The notes under the pieces: generated by a model
The model's input: only the letters and a program-made list of their open reading frames with translations
Database searches by the model: none
Told to the model about the DNA's origin: nothing
NCBI GenBank assembly: GCA_043228905.1
Contig: JBHGNT010000004.1
Span: forward strand, 5,332,001 to 5,396,000
DNA length: 64,000 nucleotides
Reading direction: 5' to 3'
Origin: Azolla caroliniana
Taxonomy: Eukaryota; Plantae; Polypodiophyta
Shown: positions 1-11,967 of the stretch, piece by piece
How the letters are laid out: every line of letters begins with the position of its first letter
Position numbering within the stretch: position 1 is the first letter of the stretch
Program-made: the position numbers and the translations under genes

Positions 1-2953
1 GTCGATTCGGCTGTGTCTTTGATGAGTCTTTGAGTTCGACGATTGGACTTGTTGCCGATTCGTTGTCGGCAGGGAAGTTGGTAGCTTGTTGGAGTTCGAC
101 TGTTTATTGAGTCTCCAATTCGGCCTGGTGGGTCGGTCCTTCTATGACAGTGCTGTCATCTTCGAAGGATACCTTTTTACCAACTGTTTTCTGTTGGTTC
201 CGCTGAGAGAAGATAGAATCTTCATTGAAGACTACGTCGCTGCTTTGGATCAATTTCCGGTTCTCAAGGTTCCATAGCTGGTAGCTGAAGCTCCCATCGG
301 TTCCATAACTAAGAAATATGCACTTGGTTGCATGGGGTGCCAACTTCGTCCTTTTGTCCTTGGGGATGAACGTGTAGGCTTCACATCCGAATATACGGAG
401 CCTATTGTAGGTCGGCTATTTGCCTGACCATAGTGCCTGTGGCACTTCGAGCCTGATTACTCTTGACGGCGTAAGATTTATCAGGTACACTGCCGTCTGC
501 AATGCCTCGGCCCAGAATTCTAGCTTCAGTTCGGCCTGCTGGAGCATTGCCATCCTGGATCGTCCTGTTGATCTGTTCTGCCACTCCATTTTGCAGGGGT
601 GTGTAGGGAATGGTCTTTTGGTGTCGAATCCCTTTTCTGGACAGGTACTGTTTGAAGGCTCTAGAGGTGTATTCACCTCTGTTGTCGGATCAGAGTGTCT
701 TCACCCTGTATCCCGACTGGTTCTCCACTTCAGATATCCATCGAATGAAGATCTCGAGCGCTTCATCTTTGGACTTGATGGAGTATGCCCAAACTTTCCG
801 CGTATAGTCATCTACGAATGTGATGAAGTAATGGGAGCCTCCTAGTGATCGCTCTGGCATGGGCCCACATATGTCTGTGTGCACGAGCTCTAGGGGCTAT
901 CGTATCATCTCGTAGTGGAGAGAGTGCAAACTTTGGGTCTGTTTCCCATATCGACAATGCTCGCAGAAGTCCGTCTTTGCCTGGAGTTTCGGGATGTAAC
1001 CGACTGACATCAACCGATCAAGTCTGGCTTGAGACATGTAGCCGGTTCGGGTCGGTTTTCTCGGCTACGTTCACGGCCCCTTCAGGGTTGATCGCCATCA
1101 ATGGGTATAGATTATTATACTTGTGCCCATTACCGATTTTGAGGTTTCCTCGGCTGATCACCCATGTCGACTCGTGTAGAGTCGTTCGATACCCGTCTTC
1201 GGCTAACATGCCGATGGAGACCAGACTCCTCTTTAGATCGAGTACGTGCTGAACTCGGTGCAGGGTTATTGTGTTGCCATTTGGCAATCTGATGGGAACC
1301 TCTCCGGTTCCGGCTATCTTGCACTCTTGCTCGTTTCCCAATTAGATAGTGCCGTTGGCGTCGGCTGAATAGTTCGAGAACAATTCTATGTTGGGGGTCA
1401 CGTGAAATGTGGTGCTAGAGTCTAGTAGCCACGTGTGTGCAACTTGTGCATTGTAGAGGACTTCTCCAATCATTGAGTCCTCTAAGGAGAGGATTTCTCA
1501 GGATTGGGTGTCAGCAACATTGATCTGGTTGCCGACTGGAGAATGGTCCGAGTTGGAACGTCCCCGATTTCGCTCGTATCTTCGACCGCTCTCTTTTCTT
1601 TTTAATGACCAACAGTCAGAAACATTGTGGCCAACTTTCATGCAATGTGTGCAATACTCGCTTGATCGGCCCATTTTCGACTTTGACCGCTATCGGTCAC
1701 CCCTTGTTTTTGATCGATTGTAGTGTTGACCGGTTCTGTTGGCTTGTTCTTTCGTTCGACTCTGTGGGTCGAACGACTTGGTTGAGTGATGGGCTTCTAC
1801 TGACTCATCAATGGTTAGTCCCATTGATTTTCACCTGATGTCCTCTGTGAGGACTTGGCTGATTGTTTTGTCCAAGTTTAGGATCGGTTGGCTATTGGCA
1901 TTTGTTGTGCAGAATACCTCCCAACTCGCCGACAAGCTCGATAGGAGGGCAAGGGCTTTCACTTCTTCTTCGAAGTTGATCCCTTGTGACGAGAGCTCAG
2001 ACAACACCCGACTAAAGGGGTTGATGTGGGAGATTTCCGGATCGGTCTCTCTCATCTTCATGTTGAACAGTTGTTTGATCAAAATCAGTTTCGAAGATGA
2101 GGACTTCTTTTCATAAACAACCTGTAGCTTCTCCCACAATGAGAACGTTGTCGTCTCTTTCGCCATGCTGAAATAGATGTTTTCGGCCAGATGCATTCGG
2201 ATGGTGGAGCGTGCGATTTCATCCGTTGATCTTCACTCCTCGGCTGTCATTAAAGCAGGTTTTTCGCTGTGTCGGATGGCTTCGACTTGTCTTCGAATGA
2301 TCAACACATCCTGCATCATCTCCTTCCACAAGGCAAAGTTTTTGCTGTTGAATTTTCTGATTTCAACTCCTGTTCCAGATGTTGAAGCCATATTCTGATT
2401 GTGAACTTGAGATTTCTGACCTGGTTTTTTCTTTCAGCTTCTTCTGTTTGTCTGTTGCCATCGAACAACAAATATTCGCTCTGATACCAGTTGTTGGTAA
2501 CGAGTGCGGTTTGTTGAAACGTGTGTGGATCTGTTGTCGATTCTGAACAACAAACAACATAGACAGAAAAAAGGAATGGGCGTGGAATTACACAATGCAA
2601 GCTCTAATGGAAAGCTTTATTGCTTCTTTCTCACTCTCTCATTGTGATACAATGCACAGACACTTCGTCTCTCTGTCACTCGTCTTCTATACAATGTTAG
2701 GAATTCGCTTATATACTAAGCCCTAACTTATTGACGAGTTCACACTCGGACGGATACAACTTGGAAGGAGTTGGCCTTTTATGCCAACATTATCTTGGTT
2801 GGAGACACACAATCAGACAGTGGATTGGTGTAACCACTCCTAGATCACTTTTCCAGTAAGGCAAATCCATGCTAGGTCACGACACTCTCTTGATTCCGTT
2901 GCGACCGAGTCCGGTTTGCTTGCTGTCGGGGGATGTCATCGTTCTTGTCAACA
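1..2953 (-). mobile_element. Ty1/copia LTR retrotransposon, 5' part (5' LTR, gag, protease, integrase), degenerate; continues beyond window start
   Basis: LTR 2492-2953 with TGTTG..CAACA ends; PBS at 2478-2489. Minus-strand ORF fragments: gag (EIRKFNSKNFALWKE, IKQLFNMKM), protease region, integrase (HTDICGPM..YFITFVDD, FWAEALQTAVYLIN, KCIFLSYG). Many stops and frameshifts. Confidence 0.93.
2478..2489 (-). promoter_or_regulatory. Primer-binding site, tRNA-Met(i) type (TGGTATCAGAGC)
   Basis: GCTCTGATACCA on + strand, 2 nt from the LTR end. Confidence 0.92.
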
Positions 2954-3004
2954 GTTTACCTGTCTGATATAGCGACTTTTTTGACATCTTCTAAAAGCAG
3001 AATG

Positions 3005-3622
3005 CCGATCGGTTACCGGCTCATCGCCCCTACGATTGCCCAATCAAAATCCAAGCTAGTGAGGATCCCCCATTCGGTGCTATCTATGGGTTATCTGAAC
3101 TCGAACTTGAGGCTCTCCACACATATCTGGCTGAGAATCTCGCGAAGGGCTTCATTCAACCCTCCAAATGACCGGTCGGGGCACCAATCTTATTTGTCAA
3201 AAAGAAGCACGGCTCCTTATGCTTATGTGTGGATTATCGGGGTCTCAACAAAGTTACGGTGCGTAATCATTACCCCCATCCCTTAATTGCAACGCTCCTC
3301 AATTGAATCCGAACTGGGCATATCTTATCCAAAATCGACCTTCGGGGCGCCTACAATTTGGTGTGCATCAAGCCTAGGGACGAGTGAAAAACGGCTTTTC
3401 GGGTGCGCTATGGACATTTCGAGTACAAAGTGATGCCATTCGGCCTTACCAATGCTTTGGCTGTCTTCTAGCACGCGATGAACGATATTTTTCGAGAGTA
3501 TCTCAATCATTTCGTGGTCATCTACCTTGACAACATCCTAATTTTTTCTTCCAACTAGGAGGAGCACACACACCACATCCGGTTGGTTCTCACCAAACTA
3601 CGAGAATATGGGCTCTTTGCTT
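3005..3622 (+). pseudogene. Ty3/gypsy reverse transcriptase fragment (chromovirus/Tcn1-like)
   Basis: Manual translation: [75 protein letters not shown]; several in-frame stops; absent from the ORF track. Confidence 0.9.
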
Positions 3623-3669
3623 TAATCCGTAAAGGTACTTCTTCAGTTGGCATACAACCAACGTATTCA

Positions 3670-5027
3670 TTCTGGACTGAAATCTAAGTGGTTGCACCAT
3701 GTATACCTATTCCTCGAGTTCTCCTTGCAGGAACATGTTCTTTACATCCATCTGGTACAAATGCCAACCACTCTTCGTTGTGGTGACTGAAGCAAGACAC
3801 AGACTATCGTCATCTTTGCGACTGACGCGAATGTCTCATCGTAGTCGATGCCGTATTGTTGTGCATAGCCCTTGGCCACTAATCGGGCCTTATACCGGTT
3901 GACAAAGCTGTCGGCGTTGTACTTGATATTGTACACCCACTTGCATTCGATCGGCTTCACGCCCTTGGGGGCATCAACCAAATCCCAAGTCTCATTCTTT
4001 GTTAGCAATTACATCTCTTCCTCCATTGCGGCACGTTAATTCATGTCCTTTGCCGCTTCTGCATAGCTCTCCAGCTCACGCACTTCCGCCACTTTTGTCA
4101 TGTACGCATAATGATGCGCCATGTACTCATTATATCCATATCTCTTGTGGGATTCTTCTAGCGGGTCGCTCAACGTAACTTCTCGTTTGCTGATTTTAGG
4201 GCCCTCTTGGCTGACTCAGACTTTGTTTTTGAAGGTCTGTCTTCGTTCTTTCCGGAGTCGGATTCACTCCGATCCAACTCTCCCTTGTCGGTGCCGTACT
4301 CTGGCATCTTCTTCTTCCCCTTCTCTTTACACATGAACCGTCTCCTCGATTCCTTGCGCACTGAGTGCATAGCCGAGTCCTCACCACTCGTCGGCTCTTC
4401 ATTCGACTGGTTGATCCGACTCAGCCCATCATTCGGCCCACTTAGTCGGAATGAGGTCAGACTCTCTTCTAGAGCTCCGATTTCTTCTTTGTATGGAGGC
4501 ATCTCAGCCTCACTGATCTCATCTTCAGAGATCGGAATGGAGTTGTCGGTTGGAAACGAAGGCAAGTACCATGAAGTTGATTCGTTGAAGACAACATTGC
4601 GGCTTACATGGGTCTTTTTGGTTCGGGGTTTATAACATTTATAACCCTTCTACTCGTCCAAGTAGCCAACCAATATGCACTTCTCAGCTTTGGCATCTAG
4701 CTTCGTCCGCTTCTCCTTCGGCACATGCACGTAGGCGATGCTGTCGAACACTGTCAAGTGTCCAAGATTCAGTTTCTTTTCGAAGTACAACTCATGTGGT
4801 GACACTCCTCCATTTGCAGATGTCCGATTCTGTAGGTAGACGACTGTCTGAACCGCTTCAACCCAATAAAACTTCGACATGTGCTTTTCTTCAAGATTGC
4901 TCGCGTCCGGTTCTTCTATTCGGCCACACCGTTCTACTCTGGTTTGTATCTGCAAGAGAATTCTTGCAGAATTCCTTCCTTTTGCAGATAACTCGTGAAC
5001 TGGCCAGAAAAGTACTCCTTTCGGCAA
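3670..5027 (-). pseudogene. Ty1/copia pol fragment (integrase C-terminus, linker, RT N-terminus)
   Basis: KLDAKAEKCILVGY; [34 protein letters not shown]. Confidence 0.9.
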
Positions 5028-5099
5028 TTGGACCTCCTGGGGGCTTCATTGTCAAAACTTGTATGATAGCACGTGAGTTGAAAAGAGATAATTGAGGAA

Positions 5100-6212
5100 C
5101 TAGGAGGGTAGGCGACTAGATTATCTTACTCAAGAAGAGACAAGAAAGGAAATTTCTAGTTCGAAGCAAAGCATCTGTCGCGCTCATAGAAAAATATGGT
5201 CGCTAGCTTGCAAATTGCAATGCTTTCGATAAAGGTAATGACTCTCAAGGAAGCATCCGTTGAGAGCGTGGAACAGAAGGATGTTCGAAGATTTTGTAAT
5301 AACATTATTGAGGCTCATCAAGCTGGAAAATTTGGTGGAAAGAATGCATTATGGGTTTCTTGACAAATGTTGCACAAAACCTTACTCGAAAGCAACATGG
5401 ACAATGATTTAAACACACATCTAATGCAATTTTTGTCATGATTAAAATGTGGAGTGGACCAAGATTACACGATTTTGTTTCTAAAAATTCAGATGGACCA
5501 TCATTAAGCACTACAAAGAGAGTTGAGAGGAAGGCAACTAAATTCCTTCTAGGGGTCCATGAATATATATTTCAGGATGTGGCTAAGATTTATGAAAATG
5601 AAAAAAGAGTGCATGGCATTATGAAACCATTGTTAGATCCTTTAAAGACGATGTGGTTGGACATTATGCTAGGGTGTTAATCGTGAATTCTCTTCACCCT
5701 AAACTTCCACGATAAGTATTGGTTGTACATTGTACATGTAACTGCTTTGATGTAGATTTTATAAAATGCCAATGGAATGAAGTGGAAACTCTATGGGGAA
5801 AACACCTCTCCACAAGTATTGGGTCAATTTTTGGACATGCATCATATGCAAATAGTAGGAGAAGAAAGATTATGCTTCAAGTTTACTTAACCCAAGCATA
5901 TGCTTAAGATATAAATTGCCTTGGGATGGTTGGATCTTCACAGGTCAAATGCATAATGATATGATAAGTTGTCTTCATGATCAAGATTTCATCCATAATG
6001 GAAAGAAACTTGTGAATGCACTAGATAATCCTTGAAGACAATTAGTAATTAGAGATGTATGGATCATATTGAATCATGTGTCATTGGTATATAATAACAT
6101 TTGTATCGATGCACATGAAGGGAATGTGATATTACGAGAGAAGATAGACAAAATTGGGTTGGATCCCAAAGAATTGCAAGTAAGAATGTTACTTATTGTT
6201 TAAAGATGTTTT
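5100..6212 (+). pseudogene. Decayed cut-and-paste transposase-like gene with DxxH motif (P-element/THAP9-like)
   Basis: Frame-joined translation gives FCNNIIEAHQAGKFGGKNALW..MIKMWSGPRLHDF..GHYARVLIVNSLHPKLPR*VLVVHCTCNCFD..GHASYANSRRRKIML..LHDQDFIHNGKKLVNALDNP..LNHVSLVY..EDRQNWVGSQRIAS. The DxxHxxKxxxN and DRQN..Q segments resemble P-superfamily motifs. Family assignment is inference. Confidence 0.6.
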
Positions 6213-6924
6213 GAATTATATACTTGCATACATGTACATATATAATATATATTAAAGTAACTTAATGTTTATGCCTTTTATTTTAACAGGAAAAGGAGAA
6301 AAGAGTAGAAACCAAATATAAACCTACGGTATTCTAAATATATTTTCTGATTTCTTTAAGGTATTGTTTACTTCCATATATATTAGGTTTTCTTACCTTT
6401 GTTGTTTACTTCCATATATATTAGGTATAATACAAGTCCAACATTGAAGATGGAAAGGATATGAAATTGATAGCCTAAAATCAATTTCTTAGGGTTTTCT
6501 ATTTATATAGTTTGTATTTATGAGGGTAACCTTTATTTTAATAAGTTTTTTAAGTAGACATTGAAATAACAAAATGATTTATTTTATTTCATTTTGATTT
6601 GGGTAAGAATATGTGCATAGATGACATCTTACATTTCAAATGCAAATATAAAATATATTGTCATTTGTTTGATCAATGTGACTAAGAAAAAATAATGTTG
6701 TGGCTTCGTATCAGTCTATCCATCAAACCAAACATAATGTTAATTTGTTAATAATTTCATTATTGATATGCATTTGGATTATTCCATGTGTGCCCTTTGA
6801 GATATATATGTCAAGTTCAAGATTATTTTTTTGTAAATTACATTGTTCTTTATCACTTTATATTCTTCATATATCTCAATAAACTATAAAAATAAAATTA
6901 TATGTGGCTTATATATGTTATACC

Positions 6925-7586
6925 CATAGATTGACACATGCGTGATATTTGTGATATTCTTCATGCTCAATATTCTCAATATTTGAGAATACGAAATGGC
7001 CCCAAGAATATTAAAAAACCATTCGTTTTGCAAAATAAATATAAAATATTTATTTATTTATTTAAATAAATTTATTTTACCAAAAAAAGAACAATTATTC
7101 GTTAATATATTATAGTGTCAAGAGAGTTTATTAAACATATTTTAATTAATCAATCAATTAGTTAATTTTTAAAAAACAAATATTTTTATATTTATTATAT
7201 AACTATGATTAGTATGAACTTTGAGTATATGATTAGTTTGAAGTACTATTTTTAATGTCAAAATAAAAATATCCATAAATTTTGAGGGAATAAAAAGTGA
7301 GAAATTAATGAGCCTTTATTTTATTTTATTTATTTATTAAAATAAAACAAATACCTATAACTTATAAGTTATACATTTATTATAAAAATTTAGTAGTGTC
7401 AAATCCCCAAGTCCCTCTTTTATTATCCCTATTTATTGTCAAGTTCCTTTTTTTTTATCCTAGAAAATTAAAAACGACAAAGTTTTTTTTTTCTTAGAGT
7501 TAAACGAATACTTGACCACCCATTTGTATTCGTATTTGTTTGCATTTGAATGGGAAACCTGACGAATGCGAATATGTAAATCTATG
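6925..7586. mobile_element. Non-autonomous DNA transposon (MITE), TIR CATAGATT(G/T)ACA, 8-bp TSD GTTATACC
   Basis: GTTATACC at 6917-6924 and 7587-7594; starts CATAGATTGACA, ends TGTAAATCTATG; AT-rich interior with GAATACGAA/ATTCGTATT-type subterminal motifs. Confidence 0.88.
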
Positions 7587-8901
7587 GTTATACCTATAGT
7601 GTTTTTGGGTAATGTTTCATAATTGTGTGTGCATTACTTTGTACTTTACACATTGTGTTTTCAATTTATATGGTACTTGATAAAGCATTTCTAGGAATTT
7701 GCATATGATGTTTAATGTTCATTCATAATTTAGCGAGTCATGAATTGTAAAGAGGGTCATTGATCCCTTCTAGGATTGGAAACTATGTGTGCATGTATAT
7801 TTTATATGTAAGGGTATTTAAAATGGGTGGTTATAAAATTTTTTTTGGTAATAAGGGGTATTTTTATTAATCTTTTTTCTACAAATGGGTCACTACAATA
7901 GTAAAAAACATACGTATAAGGAGTTTATAAATGATATCATGAACACACGTGATATAACCTTCTTATATATAGAGGAGTACCTGCGTCAGACCTTACGCAT
8001 TTGATTTTTCTTCCGGTTTCCCTTTTGGCAAGGCTCTTTACCTTTAGGAAACAGGAGAAGACTTCGCTCTTCTTCGCGATCAATGATGCCCAACTGTGCC
8101 GAGTGTAGTTATTGATGAAGGTTACAAAGTAACGGCTTTCTCCAATGCTCACATTCTATGTTGGTCCCCATACATTCGAATGAATTAAGTCAAGCTGATT
8201 CTGGCTCCGACTTCGCTCGTTGGGGAATGGAAGTCAGTGCTACTTCCCTAATTGGCAGGCATTACAGACTTGGCCGTTCCGGCCACTAAATTTCGGTAAT
8301 CCGAAAACAATGTTCCTGGTCTGCATTTCCCAAAGCCGTGGGAAGTTCACAAGACCGAACCGTTTGTGCCATATGTCGATATCCGACTCGACCTTTTGCC
8401 CTTTCACGAACATGGCGGTTCCGACTTCGTTGGTGTCGAGGATGAACGTCCTCCTGTCTTGGTGCCTTGCGCGATGATTTGGCCTTCTTCCTCGATGAAG
8501 CACCTGTGATGTGTAAATCAAACTTGCAACCCCTGATCGACGATCTGCCCGACTGACACCGGGTTCTTTGTGATTGTGAGAACGTGAAGCAAGTTCATAA
8601 GTTTCCCTTTTTGTCCAACATGGCTGAGGGGAACTTCTTCGACATGTTTGATCGGGTGCGGAGTGTCGTCTCTGGTTTCGACCACTCCCGGTTGCTCTGG
8701 CTTCTCTAAGTATGAGAACCATTCTTCATGACTCGTCATGTGATTTGATGCTCCGAAGTCAACGTACCACACCTCATCCGATTGTGAGGTGGTCTTCTTC
8801 ATTGAGTTTGCCTTGTGCTTCATCACAAAGGCTGGCCCTTTTCCGGTCTTTCCGGTTCCAAATCCTTCTAATCCTTCGGCATAGTGCGAGCTTTGACGAT
8901 T

Positions 8902-8933
8902 CCCTAAACCCTAAACCCTAAACCCTAAACCCT
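8902..8933. repeat. Interstitial plant telomere repeat (CCCTAAA)4 + CCCT
   Basis: CCCTAAACCCTAAACCCTAAACCCTAAACCCT read directly. Confidence 0.95.
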
Positions 8934-9086
8934 CTTTGTTGGACATTGCTCAGTTCATATATGAGTAGCAGCTTTCTGGTTGTGGTGCTTGTGGCGAATA
9001 CCTTCTTCAGATTTCCTCAAGCCTCCTTTGGCATTTTGGAGTCCCGGATGTAGCTTAGTAGTTGATCATCGACACTAGATGCTAAG

Positions 9087-9808
9087 TGATGAAGTGAGAG
9101 AGAAAAAAGATAGAGAAGAGAAGAGGAAGAAAAAAGAATACTTCAATATACTATTAAGAAAAGAATACAATCCTCTTAGACACCAAGAGGAACAACCCCA
9201 AATAACTACTTCAATATACTATTACTAAAATAGTCTTTTTGCCTTCTCTCTTTCTTCTACTAATCGTCTTCCCACTTCTTCTAATCTTCTTCTTCTTCCT
9301 CACTTCTTCTTCTTCACTTCTTCTTGTAGATCTTCTATCCTTTCTTGTAGATATTCTATTCTTCCTCCATCCCCCATATTGCTAAGAATACCGCATATTT
9401 ATAGGTTTTTAGTTGCGTTATTCTTGCCTTTTTCTTTTCTTTTCTTTTACATATCCTCGAGTTTGTGTGGTGTGTTTTTCATATAATTATTTCTGTGTTT
9501 TCATCCAATTTTTTCATACAAAAAATCTCTCTTTGTTAGCTTTCTTACGAATCTTTTCTTTTGAAATTTGGATAGAAGATGAAGAACTTATGAGCTTTTT
9601 TCTCTACCTTGCTTTTTTTGCTTAATTTCTTGCGTTTTTCTTCTTTTTCTTCGTTTTCTACTTTTGAAAAACGCCTCTAACTTTATTTCTCTTCAATTTC
9701 ATCTATCGTTTAACTCTTGGACCTTTCATATTGTGTTTTATTCTTCTATACCTTCGCATCCAATGTATTTGTCATGGTCTTTTCCTATGAGCAAAAATTG
9801 ACTTCACA
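9087..9808. mobile_element. Solo LTR inserted in copia gag, TSD CTAAG
   Basis: TGATGAAGT...ACTTCACA ends; CTAAG at 9082-9086 and 9809-9813; removing it restores the gag reading RVLYCLASSVDDQL. Confidence 0.85.
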
Positions 9809-10530
9809 CTAAGCAGTAGAGAACTCTACTTGCCGCTTGTTCCCAGGCCAGAAAATCCTTGTGTGTTGATTCTGGTGCTGCATCATTTGCTCCTTCGACA
9901 TAATTCTAGTACCCATGTCCGAGCATGTACTGGTGCATCTTGTACGACTAGGATGCATAGTTTTTTTTGTCGAGCTCCTCCTCGGAAGCGAGCTTCCCAT
10001 ACCTCTATCCATTTCTCTTCTTGTTTGTTCTTACTGGGTGCTAGGTCTTGGTTTGTGTTGAAAGATCTTGTCAGCAACAAAGGATGTTCAACCCTCATGC
10101 TCTAATACCACGTAAAGATAATTATGTAGAAGCTAAATAGATCTCAACCGGCTCAGTCGGATAGCAATAGAAACCACAAAGAGTGGAATACGCAGAGAAG
10201 GTGAGTGAGAGAGAGAGACAGAGAGAGAAAGACAATAAAAATCTATTTCAAAAGCTCTATAAAACTTTGTACATACAAATTTGCATCATAGCACTTTTTA
10301 CACAAATCCTTAAAGGATTGACAAAAGTATTGAAAAGTACTTCAATGCTTATATTGAGCGACAAATAGTAACTCCCAAAAATATGCCTATGTACTAGGCG
10401 AGGACCGTAGGCCTCTAACGGCCTACCGGTTACACGTTGTTCCAGATACCGATCCGACTCTCTGTTCCAGATACCGTTCCGGCTCTGGCTTATTCAGCCA
10501 ATCCGGATCATGTTGAGCTTGTATCTCAAC

Positions 10531-11950
10531 GATAGGAAACGGACCCAAAGTCCGCACTCTCTCAAATCCGAGACGATACAACAATCTTTAGAGTTGGTTC
10601 ACACCGACATCTGTGGCCCGATGCTTGAGACATCTCTAGGCAACTCCTGGTACTTCATCACATTCGTAGATATGATTGTACACGAAAGGTCTGTGCCTAT
10701 TTGATTAGGTTGAAGGACAAGGTGGTCGAGGTCTTCACTTGGTGGCAACCCGAAGTGGAGAACCCCTCAGGACATAGAGTGAAGACAATCCGATCCGATA
10801 ACGGAGGCGAATACACCTCCCGAACATTCAAACAATACTTGTCTGAAAAAGGAATCCAACATCAGAGAACCGTTCCATACTCTCTCATGTAGAACGACAT
10901 GGCGAAACTCCTGAACTAGACAATCCAGGAGAGAGTGAAGACAATGCTCTAACATTCCGGACTCAAGCTAGAATTCTAGGCCGAGGCACTGCAGACGATC
11001 ATCTACTTGATAAATCTATCGTCGTCGAGAGCAGTGTGGCACAAAGCGCCATAGGCACTATGGTCCGACAAAACGCCAACCTACGATAGACTCCATACAT
11101 TCAGATGCGAAGTGTACACATTCATCCCTAGGGATAAAAGGACTAAGATGGCACCCCATGCACTTAACTGTATATTTCTCGACTACGGCACAGATGGGGA
11201 CCTTGGCTATCGGCTAGATGGGATCCGGAGAATCGGAAATTGATTAGATGTAGTGACGTAGTCTTCAATGAAGACTCAATACCCTCCAACCCGACCTAGT
11301 GAAAGAAATTATGCAAAAAGGTCTCATTTGTCCTTGACAGATTGGTCCTAGAAGGGCCAACCAATCGAGCCGAATCAGAGCTTTGACAACTAGTTGAAAT
11401 AATCGAGCAACGGCCCCCCAACTGAATCCGAATCGGCAAGAGGTCTAGTAGTCGAAATTGAATTTGATTAGAACAAAAGATTGACCAAAGCCGAATAAGC
11501 AAAGATAGTTGAATGGGTCGAAGAAATTTGCTAAAAACAAAGGGAGGTGATCGGCAAGAGCCGAATCGTCCGATCAAGTCAAAGCCAAAAAGAGTAGCAT
11601 CGAAATAGAAAGAGTCGAATCGACCAAATTGTCCAAACAGGCTAGGGTGCTGAAAGGCTGAGCTGAACCAGCCAAGGCACCAAGCCCTCTATCAATCAAT
11701 CTCGAAGAATGGGAGGATGATTCGACATCGCCAAAATCCTATTGCGGGGGTGAATCATCCAAAAGGACTTCTGAAGACAACTCAACCAATGCCGATTGGA
11801 TACCAGAACCAATTGAAGAATTCGACCTGACAAAATTGGCACCCAGGAGATCCAAACGAGTCCGAAGGCCAACAAAGTTTTACCAACCGGGCCTCAACTA
11901 CATCCACTACACGGATGCAGGACCTAGCTCGTATGAGGAAGCTCGTATGA
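10531..11950 (+). pseudogene. Ty1/copia integrase and linker fragment (same family as 1-2953)
   Basis: LELVHTDICGPM, VKTIRSDNGGEYTS, AEALQTIIYLIN; colinear with the reverse complement of 1-950. Confidence 0.9.
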
Positions 11951-11967
11951 AGGACTCACGACCGATT

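Larger units (their letters stand above)
7975..10530 (-). mobile_element. Ty1/copia element, 5' part (LTR 10111-10530, PBS 10099-10110, internally deleted gag, protease, integrase start), split by a solo LTR
   Basis: WYVDFGASNHMT, WHKRFG..CNACQLGK, YFVTFINNY; degenerate PBS GCTCTAATACCA; LTR similar to 15516-15970 and 28001-28393. Confidence 0.88.

Noticed and set aside
6180-6289. GTAAGA...TTTTAACAG apparent intron in the transposase remnant
   Set aside because: The reading frame continues plausibly through the GT (QRIASKNVTYCLK); splice sites cannot be established from sequence alone
7891-7909. CACTACAATAG resembling a CACTA TIR
   Set aside because: No matching inverted end or 3-bp TSD found; likely chance in AT-rich DNA
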